Source: Eledone cirrhosa
Lineage: Eukaryota
Assembly: GCA_964016885.1 (NCBI GenBank)
Contig: OZ024743.1
Span: forward strand, 367,846,001-367,910,000
Length of the DNA stretch: 64,000 nt
Direction of reading: 5' to 3'
The notes beneath the pieces were generated by a model that had not been told where the DNA came from, did no database searches, and worked only from the letters and a program-made list of their open reading frames with translations. A program made the translations under genes and the position numbers. Shown one piece after another: positions 48,997 through 62,230 of the stretch (position 1 is the stretch's first letter; every line of letters starts with the position of its first letter).

Positions 48997-49842
48997 GTTC
49001 CCTGGCAAAGAACGGGGAAAAAACGAATAAAATACGTCATTATTTGGAGCGGTGAAAATCAATTACGTGCAAAGACAGAACCACGTTTATGGTATAAAAG
49101 AAGTCGTAGACTAATGTTCTCTTAGGTGGTTCATAGAGACGTTCTCTGGCAATGAACGAAAAAATCGAAGATAATACGTCATATGGAGAACAATTGCACG
49201 CAAAGACCAAACCACGTAAATGGTTTCGCTGAAGTTGTAGACTAAAATTCTAACTAGGAAACCGAATGATTCTCCGCTTCAGAGTTAAGAATAAAGTAAA
49301 TAAAATACAATACAGAGGTAGTTGAAATTAAATAAATACATACACGCATCCAAATACGTACATACACAAGCATACGCGAAAACACTCGCCATAGGTATAC
49401 AAAACCACGCACATATAAATATGTGTGTGTTTGTGTGTGTGTGCGTGTATACAAATAAATAAGTAATTAAATAAACGTATATAAATAAATAAATACGTAT
49501 ATAACAAGCGCACACACATACCTACATGTAAATACACAAATGTTCGGAGACAACCGTCAACCAAAACATGAAGTACCCATATACACACACCCAACATACG
49601 TACGAACCCGCATACTCACACAGACGCAAAACTCCCGTATACACATAACCAAAAGCATATGTACCAGAATATATAAAAATATACTCCATAACATATACAA
49701 TCAAATATACGTACGAGAAAGTATACGTACCTTCACAAAACATACAGGTAATATATACTTACCTATGCAAATAAGTAATGGTATAAACAAACATATACTT
49801 AGCTACCACATCAAGACGTAAAATATCCACGTATAGATCGTA

Positions 49843-51949
49843 CTATCCGTTAGGGTATAATGTGGGGCTGTAATACAGGAAAGTTTTGTGCAATTTACAA
49901 GCCGAAATTGCCTCAGATTTTTTGTTTAAGATGTGGTCTGTGGCGTAGAGTATTTCCAGGGCTTCAGCGGCGCAGAGGTCACATGGTCTTTTATTTCCGT
50001 TATACGATCTAGCCCTAGCTAGGATCTCCCAGTGTAACTTATATTGGGTGTGGTTGTCTTTTAGACTCCAGATATAAGCTGAAAGTGACGTCATATTCCT
50101 TCTTAGAAGGTAACGAAAAGAATGGGTATGCATATAAAGACGCTGCTTGAATCTATTGGCGGTTAACTCTATGTAGGCCCTACGGGACGTGGGTGTGTCA
50201 ACCTTACATTCAATGTTACTAGAGAGGCATTTCCCAGATAGGGGGCAATCAACCCAATTCCTACAATTACAGTTAGTACTAACTACAGGGTTGCACGTGT
50301 TCCTACGGCTAGGTAGTTTAGCTAAATTTGAAGCTGTGATGTTATGTGCAAGGCTAGGAGTCGTAGAGTAAGAAATTTTAATAGTATTTCTATTAAAAAG
50401 TTTACTATATTTATGTGTAGGGGGAAAATGCTTCGTAATAAGGGATAGAAAGATTTTAGCTAATGGTGTGGCCACCTCCATATTATATGGTGGGTTATAC
50501 CATATAATGCGACGGGATCTATTTCTTCTAGGTCTATTCTCGTACTCTGTATATGCTACCTTATCGACAAATCCACTCCGATCAAGAGCTTCATTGTAAT
50601 AAGTGGAATGGTCGTTGAAAATATGCTCGTTAGTAGATAGACGGGAAAGCCTCAACGAAACGTTTCATACCAGGTTCTTGGTTACGCTGGCAGGATGGTT
50701 GGAATGCTTACTTACGTAATTAAGCGTATCATTCGGCTTTCTATACGGGTAATACAAGCCATTCGATAAATTGAGGGTAACGTCGAGGTAATTAACGACC
50801 GAGAAGTTGGCTTCAACCTGTATAGAGAGGTTGAAGCCTTTAAAGAAGGCTGTGAGTTCTTTTCTGAACCTGTCGCAAGCACTTAGTCATGGTCAAAAGA
50901 CCATCATCACAGTACAAACCACCGCCCGCGTTGGGGAATTCGTCCTTGATAGAGAAAAGAAGGAAAAGGCCGACAAGATCAGTAACCTCCGCAGAATCGC
51001 TGGCGCCCATACTCACGTCGAATGGGGTACTATTGGATTTTTTAATCCAAATAGAGTCGTCGAAATTAATCACCGACTTACGGGCATTGAGGATGACATC
51101 AACTTCGAAATCCTTAACCACTGTGAGTGTTTTAGCGAAATTGATAGCTCTAAGGAGTAGTGGTAAAGTGATGGAGGAGTAGTAATTATTGATGTCGAAT
51201 TGGATAAAACGGCAATGTTCCTTGTTGCATATGCCGTTGAACCAATCAATCACCGCGAAAGAATTGTTCCACAGTGCAAGAGGGGCCAAACTTCTAATTT
51301 CAGGTATAATTCTATCAAGAATCCTTTTACTAAGTCTATCTAAATCGGACTTCGTAGGGTTAATAAGCCGAATAGAGGGGTTGTTCGGAAAATTGGATTT
51401 GTGATCCTTCAGGATAAAGTGGGGAAAAATAGGGTCCAGAGGTTCTATCCGGTCCAGGATGTTGAGATCAGAGGTGATTTTAAACCCAGCATCGTTGATT
51501 TCATTGATGACGCACCGATTAGTTTTACGGTAATCCTTAGTTACAGCATTATGTAGTAGTTGATGGTAAGTACTGTGCTCCACTTGATATAGGTTGCCAG
51601 TTTTGTCGGAATGGACGTGCACGGCATTATAATCCTTAATAGAACGAATTCTATTCTTCAGGTCCTGCTGGAAGGAATTGCTCCTATTCCGAAATTTGAT
51701 ACTCCGTATGAGTTCCAAGACATCATTTTCAATGGGTAGCAATGTTGGGTTACACGGAGGGTTATTATAGGTTTTAAACCCAAATTTATCCTGTTTGTTG
51801 TCAGCTTTTCGCGGATTATCGAAATAAAAGGCACGCCAACGCAACCTTTTAATGAACGAATCTGTTTTCTGTATCAGGAGTTTTAGGTATGTTTTCCTCC
51901 TTGGTACGGGTATGTTCTTTGAAGAAATATTCAGATGTTGTTTCTGCAT
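49843..51949 (-). pseudogene. Naiad-like Penelope element ORF (RT plus GIY-YIG), full length but disrupted
   Basis: N-terminus SSKNIPVP..IKRLRWRAFYF; RT FDINNYYSSI, MGASDSAEVTDLVG, GLYCDDGL; YLDVTLNL..HSNHP; CNCR..CPLSGKC, YIELT..FKQR, CDLC..LNKKSE. Frameshift near 50885 and in-frame TGA at 50665-50667. Confidence 0.88.
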
Positions 51950-51978
51950 GATGAATATAAGTCAATAGAGGAAGCCAA

Positions 51979-52138
51979 ATAGTAATAATAATAAATTTGA
52001 AGACTAAAATCCAAAGAGGGCTCGATAAAGATAAATATATATCAAATATATAAGAAACGGTTCTTATATATTTGATATATATTTATCCTTATCGAGCCCT
52101 CTTTGGATTTTAGGCTTCAAATTTATTATTATTACTAT
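51979..52138. repeat. Palindrome, 78-bp arms, 4-nt loop, at the 5' end of the Naiad-like ORF
   Basis: 51979-52056 is the inverse of 52061-52138. Followed by (TA)n. Confidence 0.92.
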
Positions 52139-52157
52139 ATATATATAAGATGACAGC

Positions 52158-52197
<40 letters not shown>

Positions 52198-52234
52198 ACG
52201 ACAGCTGTATAAAAAAGTGCAGGGCGATAAAAAT

Positions 52235-52772
52235 AGACGGTAGCCACGGAGTAGGCAGACCCAGAAAAACCTTGGACGACTTGATAAATTCCGACCTCAC
52301 ACACTTACACCTCTCCAAGACAATGTCACAGGACCGAGATCTTTGGCGCTACACAGTAATACAGAAGACCTGCCTTGCCTAAGTATAAAGCGAAACCTAC
52401 AGTCAGTAGGCACCTCTAACAAAAATACACTCCGTCCCACTACCCCCACCCCATCCACACCACCCCTTTCGATGTAAAGTTATGTTGGTTCCACAACATA
52501 CAGTCCGAAATAAATGAGGTCGTGTAGGTATCACGACAAAAAAACACACAGTTCACGCTGTAATGTGGCCGTGTAGGTAACACGGTAAAAACCTCCCAGT
52601 CCACACTGTTAACGTGGTTGGTGTTAGGAAGGGCATCCAGTCGTAGAAAACCCGCCAGACAGTCCTATACGAGCAAGACAACCAATCTTGCCTCAAGTGG
52701 GAAAATTCCCGTCCAAACCCATGCAAGCGTGGAAGATAGACGTTAAACGATGATAATGATGATGATGATGAT
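52235..52772 (+). mobile_element. RTE 3' end, subfamily of 10133-13250
   Basis: Reverse complement of about 10135-10640, with (GAT)n tail. Confidence 0.88.
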
Positions 52773-52782
52773 ATATATATAT

Positions 52783-53090
52783 ATAAAATGGAAAACGGAG
52801 AATCAGTGATGCATTAGAACTCAATTTATTACGTATTACAACTGATTCGCAAGTTCCTTAGATACGTCTAGTGATTTCGAAGCAAATTCTCTTTCTTCGA
52901 AATCACTAGACATATCTGAGGAACTTGCGAATCCATTCGAAATCACTAGACGTATCAAAGGAACTTGCGAATCCAGAGTCAGGTTCGATCCACAAACAGA
53001 TCGCACCTCGAGCTGTTCGCCGGAGAAACAATTGTAATACGTAATAAATTGAGTTCTGAAGCATCACTGATTCTTCGTTTTCCATTTTAT
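52783..53090. repeat. Nested fold-back element with degenerate hammerhead motif
   Basis: Outer arms 52783-52840 and 53030-53090, inner hairpin and a 40-bp tandem duplication. Consensus ACGTAT CTGAGGA acttGCGAA..TTCGCcgga GAAA CAATTGT A ATACGT. Confidence 0.7.
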
Positions 53091-53163
53091 CATACTCTGC
53101 TCCATAGAAGCATAGAGTGCTCAACCGGCATACCGCCTATGGACGCATCCTAGCAACCATACG

Positions 53164-53246
<83 letters not shown>

Positions 53247-53629
53247 TATGTGTGTGTGTGTATATATATATATTTTATATATATGTGTGTGCATATATGT
53301 ATTTATGCGTGTGATTATCTGTGTGTTTATTTGTATTCTTGCATGCTTCAATATGTTTATACTTCCACTGGACACATACATGCATGTATCTATCTGTAGT
53401 TTTGCGTATATGATTGTATTTATGTATAAGTTTATCTTTATGTGTGTGACATCTTCGTACCATTTTGCCCGACCGCTTATATATATTTCTATTTTATTTT
53501 ATTTTATTTATATTTTTTTCCCTTGTATTTGTGTATGTATATGTCTGCAGACTAATGAGTTATATTTATTTACTTTTTTACTTATGTTTTCGCAGCCTTA
53601 ACGCTCATATACATGTGTGTGTGTCTGTC

Positions 53630-53663
<34 letters not shown>

Positions 53664-53692
53664 GGCATAGGTTAAGAATAACGTCCTCGAAA

Positions 53693-54278
53693 ATGAAAGT
53701 GGATTTTTTGACAAGTGAATGTGTTTGTTTGTTTTTTTACAGTGAAATTTACGATACACTCTTTGTTTATTTACAACAGGTCTCTATAGTGATATGGTGT
53801 TAATTAGTATTGCGTGTGTGATTATTTTCTCTTATATATATATGTGTGTATATATACGTGTGTCTGTATGTATATATATATGTGTGTTTGTATATATATA
53901 TGTGTTTGTGTCATCATCATCGTTTAGATGTTTTTGTAATATCTTGCCAAAGTTGGCACCAACTATAAACAAATTAAGGCCGGGTCATAAGAAGGACAGA
54001 GAATAATAAGGGATTTGGGTAAAAACATCTAAACGATGATGATGACACAACACATATATATATACAAACACACATATATATATACATACAGACACACATA
54101 TATATACACACATATACACACCCACACATATATATATAAGAGAAAATAATCACACACGCAATACTAATTAACACCATATCACTATAGAGACCTGTTGTAA
54201 ATAAACAAAGAGTGTATCGTAAATTTCATTGTAAAAAAACAAACAAACACATTCACTTGTCAAAAAATCCACTTTCAT
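53693..54278. repeat. Inverted repeat with ~245-bp arms and 85-bp spacer
   Basis: 53693-53935 is the inverse of 54021-54278. Mirror ORFs 53794(+) and 54177(-). Confidence 0.9.
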
Positions 54279-54570
54279 CTATAAGTTTGTGGATGTGTGT
54301 AAAAAAATATCACGTATTCACAATCCAAATTGAAAATAATGACGTACGTAACTGTCAAAAATTAGTTTCACTTTTGAGACCGGCCGTTTTGACGTATGCC
54401 TATATATATATATGTGTGTGTGTGTATATATATGTATATGTATATATATGTGTATGTGTGCATGTGTGTGTGTGTGAATGCCTGTATATGTTTATGTTTG
54501 TATGTATATATATGCGTAGATGTATATACATGTATATATATGCGTAGATTTGTATACATTTCTGTCTTTA

Positions 54571-55260
54571 CTGGCCTTCCTCTGGACGGTCTCTCCCACA
54601 GCTTGCGAGTTCTGGACTTGAAGACAGGTGAGAATATATACTTTTCTCGTCTGTGTAAATGAGGTGATTAATCTCATTTGCATATGAAGCTGCATAAGTT
54701 GGCTCAACTTATAATAGAATAGAAATAGTATTTCGCTTCAAGCATATCTTTATACAAATATGTATAGAAATTTCGTATTTCTAAAGAAACACGGTTTTAG
54801 GAAGCCGTAGCTATGGAAACACCGGGGCTAACGCCCTCTGGTGGTGTCCAGCAGAAGCAAGGAGGACACCTGTCTATGCATTTCAGGCTTGACTGGCCTT
54901 CCTCAAGACGGTCTTGTATAAAGCTATGCTTGAAACGAAATCTTATTTCTATTCTATTATAAGTTGAGCCAACTTATACAGCTTCATATGCAAATGAGAT
55001 TAATCACCTCATCTACACAGACGAGAAAACTACATATTCTCGACTGTTTTCAGGTCCAGCAGTCGCAAGCAGTGGGAGAAACCAGTCAAGCCTGAATTGC
55101 ATAGACAGGTGTCCCCCTTGCTTCTACTGGACACCACCAGAGGGCGCTAGCCCCGGTGTTTGCATAGCTACGGCTTCCTAAAACCGTGTTTCTTTATAAA
55201 TACGAAATTTCTATACATATTTCTATAAAGCTATGCTTGAAGCGAAATCTTATTTCTATA
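54571..55260. mobile_element. Retrozyme-like ~322-nt monomer present as two inverted, circularly permuted copies
   Basis: ctggccttcctc..gacggtc repeats at 54571 and 54893. tataaagctatgcttgaa.cgaaatcttatttctat repeats at 54917 and 55224. Hammerhead motif on minus at 54868-54912. Confidence 0.78.
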
Positions 55261-55473
55261 CATATATATATTTTACTTTTATCTGAATGTGTGTATGTGT
55301 GTGTATATGTATGCACACATATATCTTTTTCTATATTGCTATATATTTTTATATTTTTATTTATTATTTTTATTACCCTTCTTTTCTTATGTACATTTCT
55401 TGTTATTTTTCCAGCCTCACTTCCAATTTTTAACAGATTTTAAATCTCATTTCATATTTTTTATCCATAACAT

Positions 55474-55541
55474 TTCTGTCTGACGACCGATCCAGACGTA
55501 TATTATTATCGCCTGTGATCCAGAAACCTTTGGTAATGGAG
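55474..55541 (+). ncRNA. Type-I hammerhead ribozyme motif (copy B of 41176-41243)
   Basis: ttctgt CTGACGA(55480) ccgatccagacg..cgcctgtgatcca GAAA(55523) cctttggt a atggag. Confidence 0.68.
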
Positions 55542-55575
55542 TAGTTATATTTTGTGTTGTTCACTTTCTAATTAA

Positions 55576-55615
<40 letters not shown>

Positions 55616-55670
55616 AAAAGAATGAAACGAAATTTCATTTCTCACTCTTAGTACGGCTGATATAGATACT

Positions 55671-55701
<31 letters not shown>

Positions 55702-56614
55702 GTATATATATATATTATGGTGGCAACTCGACTTTGAGTAATGCTATCGCTTGATACTTAAGCATGGATGTGGCTTTTTAGTCCTGCTAGGGACTTGCCT
55801 ATGGCCAGCAATACCATGCATCGCAAATAATGTCAGATATCAAGCAATGCTTGCGCTTGAAGCTTTTTTAAGAGAGGAAAGGCTTTGCACAGGGCCAATC
55901 CCACTCTCCAACCATCGAATTTGCCCCAAAAGAACTGTTCTACATCATTGGATGCAAACGATGTCATATGTTTTATATCAGAGTGACTTTCTCCTAGAGA
56001 GATGTCTTAATGAAAACTAGAAGTCTCTCTCTCCACAAAAAAAAAAAAACCTTTCTTGGATGGCCATTGACTTTCCTGAGTTACTACAGGGTGTCCAAAT
56101 TCACACTGGTTTAGTTGCCAACAACCCGACCATGCAGAGGTTGTACTAGGTTACATGTTACCTGTAGCCCTTATGAGCAACCAATATATATATATATATG
56201 TGTACAAGTGATTAAGTGGAGAGTAGAATAATCTGGACTTCTTGTCGGTAAAGAATGACACTACAAATTTTTCTGGGTGGGTAATGATTACAGGCTACAT
56301 GGAGAGGGGATTCTGTTAGCAGAAAAATGGGTAGACAGTGAACATAGGGAATGACAGAATCAACTCTAATCCTAATTGTAACTAATTATAATTTCAATTA
56401 ACTCTCTCACACTTATGTTTCTACACAACTACCTTCACATAAACAAACAGTAAAATACAAAACGTATACAGTTTTTAAACAAGATTTATCTCATTTATTG
56501 TATTTTATTTTATTCTAGCTTCTCCCTCTCAGCTCCCTGTAGCTCACTCTCCTTACCCTGCAGTGAACCGCATGCACTACAACTCTTGCTACACATATAT
56601 ACATATATATCATC

Positions 56615-56830
56615 AGTGGATTGGCAGTATCGGTAGAGAGTCGGACGCCATGCTTTGACGCATAGAGTTACGTCCCTTGCCATTCTGAGTTCAAATCCCG
56701 CCGAGGTTAACTTTGCCTTTCATCCTCACGGGGTCGATGAAATAAAGTACCAGTAATGCGATGAAATAAAGTACCAGTAATGCGATGAAATAAAGTACCA
56801 GTAATGGCCTTGTGCCAAAAGTAGAAATAA
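56615..56830 (+). mobile_element. tRNA-derived SINE with internal 24-bp triplication
   Basis: gatgaaataaagtaccagtaatgc repeated three times. Confidence 0.85.
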
Positions 56831-56834
56831 TTAT

Positions 56835-59830
56835 TGTTTAATGTCCATTTTTCCATGCTGGCATGGGTTAGATGAGTTGTCCCATTGTGAGACAAGCCAG
56901 ATGAGATGACCGTGTCTTTCTCATATAGGGCTGTACTGGGTGATTTTGTCATGACACCTACACAACCACTTGACAGTGTGGGCTGGGCACTTTTTGTTGT
57001 GACACCTACACAACCACTTTACAGTGTGGACTGGGGGCTAGGGGCTGGGAGACTTATCTGGCAAAGGATGTGGTGTTAGGGCATGGATGGAGTGTTAGAA
57101 CGTGGTTGGTGTATGGGAGGGGGGAAGGGAAGGTAGGAGAAGGTGGTGCATACTATATGTATGCTTCAACCCTTGCCCATGGGAAGGCGGGTCTTCTGCA
57201 TTACTGCATAGTACCAGAGATCTTAATCTGGTGTCTTTGCCTTTGAAAGGTGCTATTGTATGAAGTCAGCTTTTATCACCTCATCCCAAGTCTTCCTAGG
57301 TCTTCCTAGTCCATAGCTTCCATCAACTTTGAGTACCCTGCAACTTTTATGCAGCTATCATCCTTCATATGCTTCACATGTCCATACCACTCCAATCTTC
57401 TTTCCTGCACACTGCATCTAATCCTTCTTATGCTCAGTTTCTCTCTCAGTTATTTTATGTTTTCTTGCTCATGTACATTACTATTCAGATTCATCAAAGC
57501 ATGTAAGCCTCATTTCTTTTCAATCTATGCAGGTCCTTTGCAAACAGTGTCTATGTCTCACTACCATGTAGCATTGCAGGTTGTATACACACCTCATACA
57601 ATCTGCCTATCATTTTGAGGGAAAAGCCTTTTGTAGCCAGCAGCGGTAGTAGCTCCCTGAACTTTTTCCATCCCATTATCACTCTATATACTGTACTTTT
57701 GAAACACCTATCTCAATTCCTAATTTAGTCACCCAGGTAACAGAAGCTGTCAACTGCTTCTACAGCACCGTCTAAGAATTTGATAGCATTTGTTTCCTGT
57801 GAGTGTTTGCTGCTTACTGTTCCTGAGAAATGCCCACCTTTAAAACCTACATTCTTTGCTAGCCTATCTGAGATCCCACTACATCTCTTGTATACCCATA
57901 ATTTGCATTTGGGACAGAGGATGAATTTCCACACACCCCTTTCCTATACACTTAGCAGGGCTTTTTTCCAGAAGGGAACAGGGACTTGTTTTCCTTACTT
58001 CTAGAACTTTGGTCTTTGCCAAGTTGATTGTAAGACCCTTTTGATTCCAGGTTATGCTTCCAGGTCAGGAATATTTTCTCTAGTTCTGCCATAGATTCAG
58101 CATTAAATCATCAGCATAGAGGAGTTCCCAAGGTCATCCAGTTTTAAACTATTCTGTTATAGCCTGGAAGATGATAATAAACAGCAGAGGGCTAAGGGCG
58201 GCACCTTGGTCGACCCCAACTTGCGTGCTTAACTCCTCACTATAGTCATTATTAATTTTAACCTTGCTGACTGCACCTCTGTACATTGCTTGTACTGCCC
58301 TCACAAGCCACTCACCCACCCCTAGTTTCCTAAGTGCCCACAAAATTATAGAACGGGAGACCCTGTCAAAAGCTTTCTCCTGGTCAACAAAAGCTAATTA
58401 GAGGTGTTTACTTTTTGCTAGATACTTCTCAGGCAGTTGCCTCAAAAGGAAGAGGGCATCAATGGTACTTTTACCTGGCACAAATCCAAACTATATCTCA
58501 TATAGATTAATTCAATCCCTAATCAGTTGTACAATGACTTTTTCTGTAACTTTCATGATCTGGTCTATCAATTTGATGTCTCGGTAGTTCCCTCTGTCTA
58601 GTGCACCACCTTTGCACTTGAAGCAACTGATAATGATACTGCTACACCAGTCATTGTGTATAACACCATTTTATATTACTTGGTTTACAATATGGGTGGT
58701 TATAGTGTGGCCTACCATCCCAGATGCTTTCAGCAAGTCGGCAACTATTCTCAAAGGCTTGGCTGCTTTGCCTATCTTCATGTCCTTAATTGCCTTACTT
58801 ACTACGCTACCACTGACTTGTACCATTGGTCCTTCTGTTGGGTCTACTTGGGGCAGGCTATCTTCCTTGCACACATTCTCCTCATTCAGCAGTCTCTCTT
58901 AATGACAATTCCATGCTGTGTTCTTTTCAGTGTCAGTGAGAGCAAATGCACCATTGTCAACCCGGATACACTTCTTCCCAACATCACAATTTTCCCTGAC
59001 ACACTGTCTTGTGAGCCTGAACACCTCACATCTTTGGTCCTCACATAACATAACATGCATAAACTTTTTATTTTCTGCCTCCCTCCTTGCAGAGTAAACT
59101 TTGTCTAGCCTCTCTCCTGGCCTCTTGGTAAAGTTCTCTGCTTCCCCCATTTTTACATTTTTTCCATGCCTGTCTCTGAGCCATGTTTTATCCACCCTAC
59201 TATTCCACCTTCAAGTCACTCCCCTACTCCCTGGGCCTCTGCTCTAGCCACATACTTCGTTTGTGGCCTTCAGTAGATTATCTCTCACGAACTTTTCACT
59301 GGTCCTCTATATTGTATCTCGTAATTCCTTATTATTAACAGTGTCAAGTAGGGTATTCCTAAATTTGTTATAGGCTGAGGGCTCCATATCCTCCTCCATA
59401 TCCATACTTCCATATCCTCCTCCTCCAAGCTGCTCTCTGTCTACAAGTTCGTCTAGCTCTAATTAACAAATCACTGACCACAAAATTATGTTGGATGGTG
59501 CCACCTTCGACAGGGAGTGATTTTATGTTTACGACCATTGCTCTATCTCGCTTTCTGATGAGGATGAAATCTATTCAGCTGGTGTGCTTCCTTGATCTAT
59601 AGGTGAGCAAGTGATTGTTTGGTTTTTGAAGTTAATGTTGCAAAAAATTAGTTCCTTAGCGTCACAGAATTCTAGGACCTGGATCCTTCCTCATTTCTAG
59701 CACCAAACCCATAATCCCTTTGGATCCTGTTGAAGACATCACTGTGTTTCCCAACATGTCCATTAAAGTCACCTGCTATCACTAAGTGTTCCTTGTCATC
59801 CACTTGAGAGGTTGTCTGCTCCTTGTATAC
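56835..59830 (-). mobile_element. Heavily decayed RTE LINE, third subfamily
   Basis: Fragments 59884-59672 (GDFNGHVG), 58874-58671, 58343-58149 and 57934-57725 in collinear order. Confidence 0.88.
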
Positions 59831-59874
59831 CAGTATACCACCAGCTCTTCCTTGTGAGGCATCAATAGGAGAAG

Positions 59875-61100
59875 TACTTAGCAAAAATCAAACACCTCTA
59901 CTTAGCATTTGTTGACCCAGTGAAAGCTTTTGACAGAGTCCCCCATTCTGTAATCTGGTGCGCACTTAGGAAACTAGGGGTGGACGGGTGGTGTAAGAGG
60001 ATGGGATAAGCCATATATAGAGGTGTTGTCAGCAAGATTAAAATTAATAATGACTATAATGAAGAGTTTAGCATGCAAGTTGGGGTCTAACAGGGCTCTG
60101 CCCTTAGCCCTCTACTGTTTATTATCATCCTCCAGGCTATAACAGTAGAGTTTAAAACAAGTTACCTTTGGAAACTCCTGTATGCCGATTATCTAGCTCT
60201 CAGCTGAATCTATGACAGAACTAGTTAAAAACATTCCTGACCTGGAAGCCTAATCTGGAATCAAAAGGGTCTTAAAGTCAACTTGGCAAAGACTAAAATA
60301 AGGAAAAAAGAAAACATGGCCCAAATCTCTTCAGTGTGTAGGAAAGGGGTAGGTAGAAATTCTGTCTTCTGTCCCAAATGCAAACTATTGGTACAGAAGA
60401 GATGTAGTGGGATCTCGAGTAGGCTAGCTAAAAATGTAGGTTTTACATGTGGGCATTGCACAGGAGCAGTAAGCAGCAAACACTCATAGGAAATAAGTGC
60501 TATCTTGGAACGTTCTATAGAATCAGTTGAAAGCTTCTGTTACTTGGGGGACCAGATTAGCTGTACAGTAGCCAGAGTGAAAACAGGATGGAAAAAGGTC
60601 AAGAAACTGCTACCACTGCTAGTTATAAAAGGCTTGTCCCTCAAATTGAAGGGCAAATTGTTTGATGTGTGTTCATGAATAACAATGTTACATCGTAGTG
60701 ACATGGTAGTGACATGGTAGAGACATGGGCACTGTGTGCAGAGGTCCTATGAAGATTGGAAAGTAATGAAGCTTGTATGCTTCAATGGATGTGTAATACA
60801 TGAACAACATAAACTGGGCATAAGAGAGATCAGATGCAGTATACAAGAGAGGAGATTGCAGTGGTGTGGTCATACGATATGTATGAAGGATGACAGCTGT
60901 ATAAAAAGGTGTACAGTGCTCAAAATTAATGGAAGCTATGGAGTAAGAAGACCTAGGAAGAGTTGGAATGAAATGATAAAAGCTGACGTCTCAGAATTGC
61001 ACCTCTCAAAAGTGATGACACAGGATCTGACATTATACAGTAATGCAGAAGACCCACTCTCCCATGTGCACAGGTTGCAGCATAATCTATTATGCATACT
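59875..61100 (+). mobile_element. Decayed RTE 3' half, head-to-head with the preceding copy
   Basis: LYLAFVD..KAFDRVP; CRKGVGRNSVFCPKC; ERRLQWCGH. Confidence 0.85.
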
Positions 61101-61259
61101 TTCCCCTTTTCCCCTTCTGTCCTCTTCCTCCCATGTCTTAACACTCCATCCTCTACCATTCATCCATGCCCTTATACTCCACCCTTCACCAGCTAAGTGC
61201 CCCACCCTAGTTCTACCTCTCCAATTCCCACCCCTCTTCTTTGTCTTCGTCTTATTATT

Positions 61260-62040
61260 ATTCTTCGCTCACCTATTTCTGAGAGGATCAGAAGGAGTCC
61301 TGTCAGAAGCAACCATATCCAACTGATCCAGCTGAATACTCAAGTGAGACCAGCCAAGATCATGGATGTTATCCAACTATTTTGCTCAGTCTACCCCTGG
61401 GTTTCCTGCCAGTTGGTTTTGCCCATAAAATCTGTCCAGCAATTCTTTCCCAAAACATTCTAACCACATATCCAAAGTGATCTCTCAATTCAGAGAAGTA
61501 GTGACTCTCTGATCTCCTTATCTCTCCTGGAGTGACTCTCTGATCTCCAAGCTATGCACTCTATCATGTAACATTACTCCAAAGACTCTTTGGAAGAACC
61601 CCATTTTGGCCACTTGTATTTGCAATCATATTCTTTTGGACATTACCCAAGATGCATGACCATAAGTAAGGGTTGGCATGAATACTGAATTGAAGATAGC
61701 GAGCTTGGCCTTTACATTTACCTCTCTCTCCTTCTAATTGCTGTATGCTGAAGATGGTGCATTACTACACCAGCTCCAGCAATTCTTGCACTTAATTCAA
61801 CTTACTGCCTTCCACCACTCGTGAACACGGCCCCAAGATACTTGAACTTCTTTCCCTGCTTCAATAGAACTTCATTTACATGTAGAGTGCATTGTGCAGG
61901 CTTCCTTGAGAGGATGAGTGTCTCAGTTTTTGCAGCACAGATTTTCATTCCAGCTATACAGCCCTCAGCATCAAACCTATCAAGTGAAAGTCGGAGATCC
62001 CCTTCTGTCTAGTTAAGTATCACCATGTTGTCTGCACTTT
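61260..62040 (-). mobile_element. Expander-like LINE 3' portion
   Basis: Homologous to 39100-39480 and 40000-40280. Confidence 0.8.
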
Positions 62041-62230
62041 TCCAGCCAACCGATTTTACACTCTATATCTATAAATACATTAACTAATCTCTAAACCCAT
62101 GCTAGCGCGGAAGATAGACGTTAAACGATGATGATGATGATGATGATGATGATGATAATAGTATTTAATATATTGATATATCTATATATGTATGTATCTA
62201 TATATCTATATATGTATGTATATATATATC

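Noticed and set aside
48984-49290. SECIS or hammerhead in the Naiad downstream tandem units
   Set aside because: ATGA lacks a correctly spaced apical AA, and CTGAAGC does not fit the CUGANGA core.
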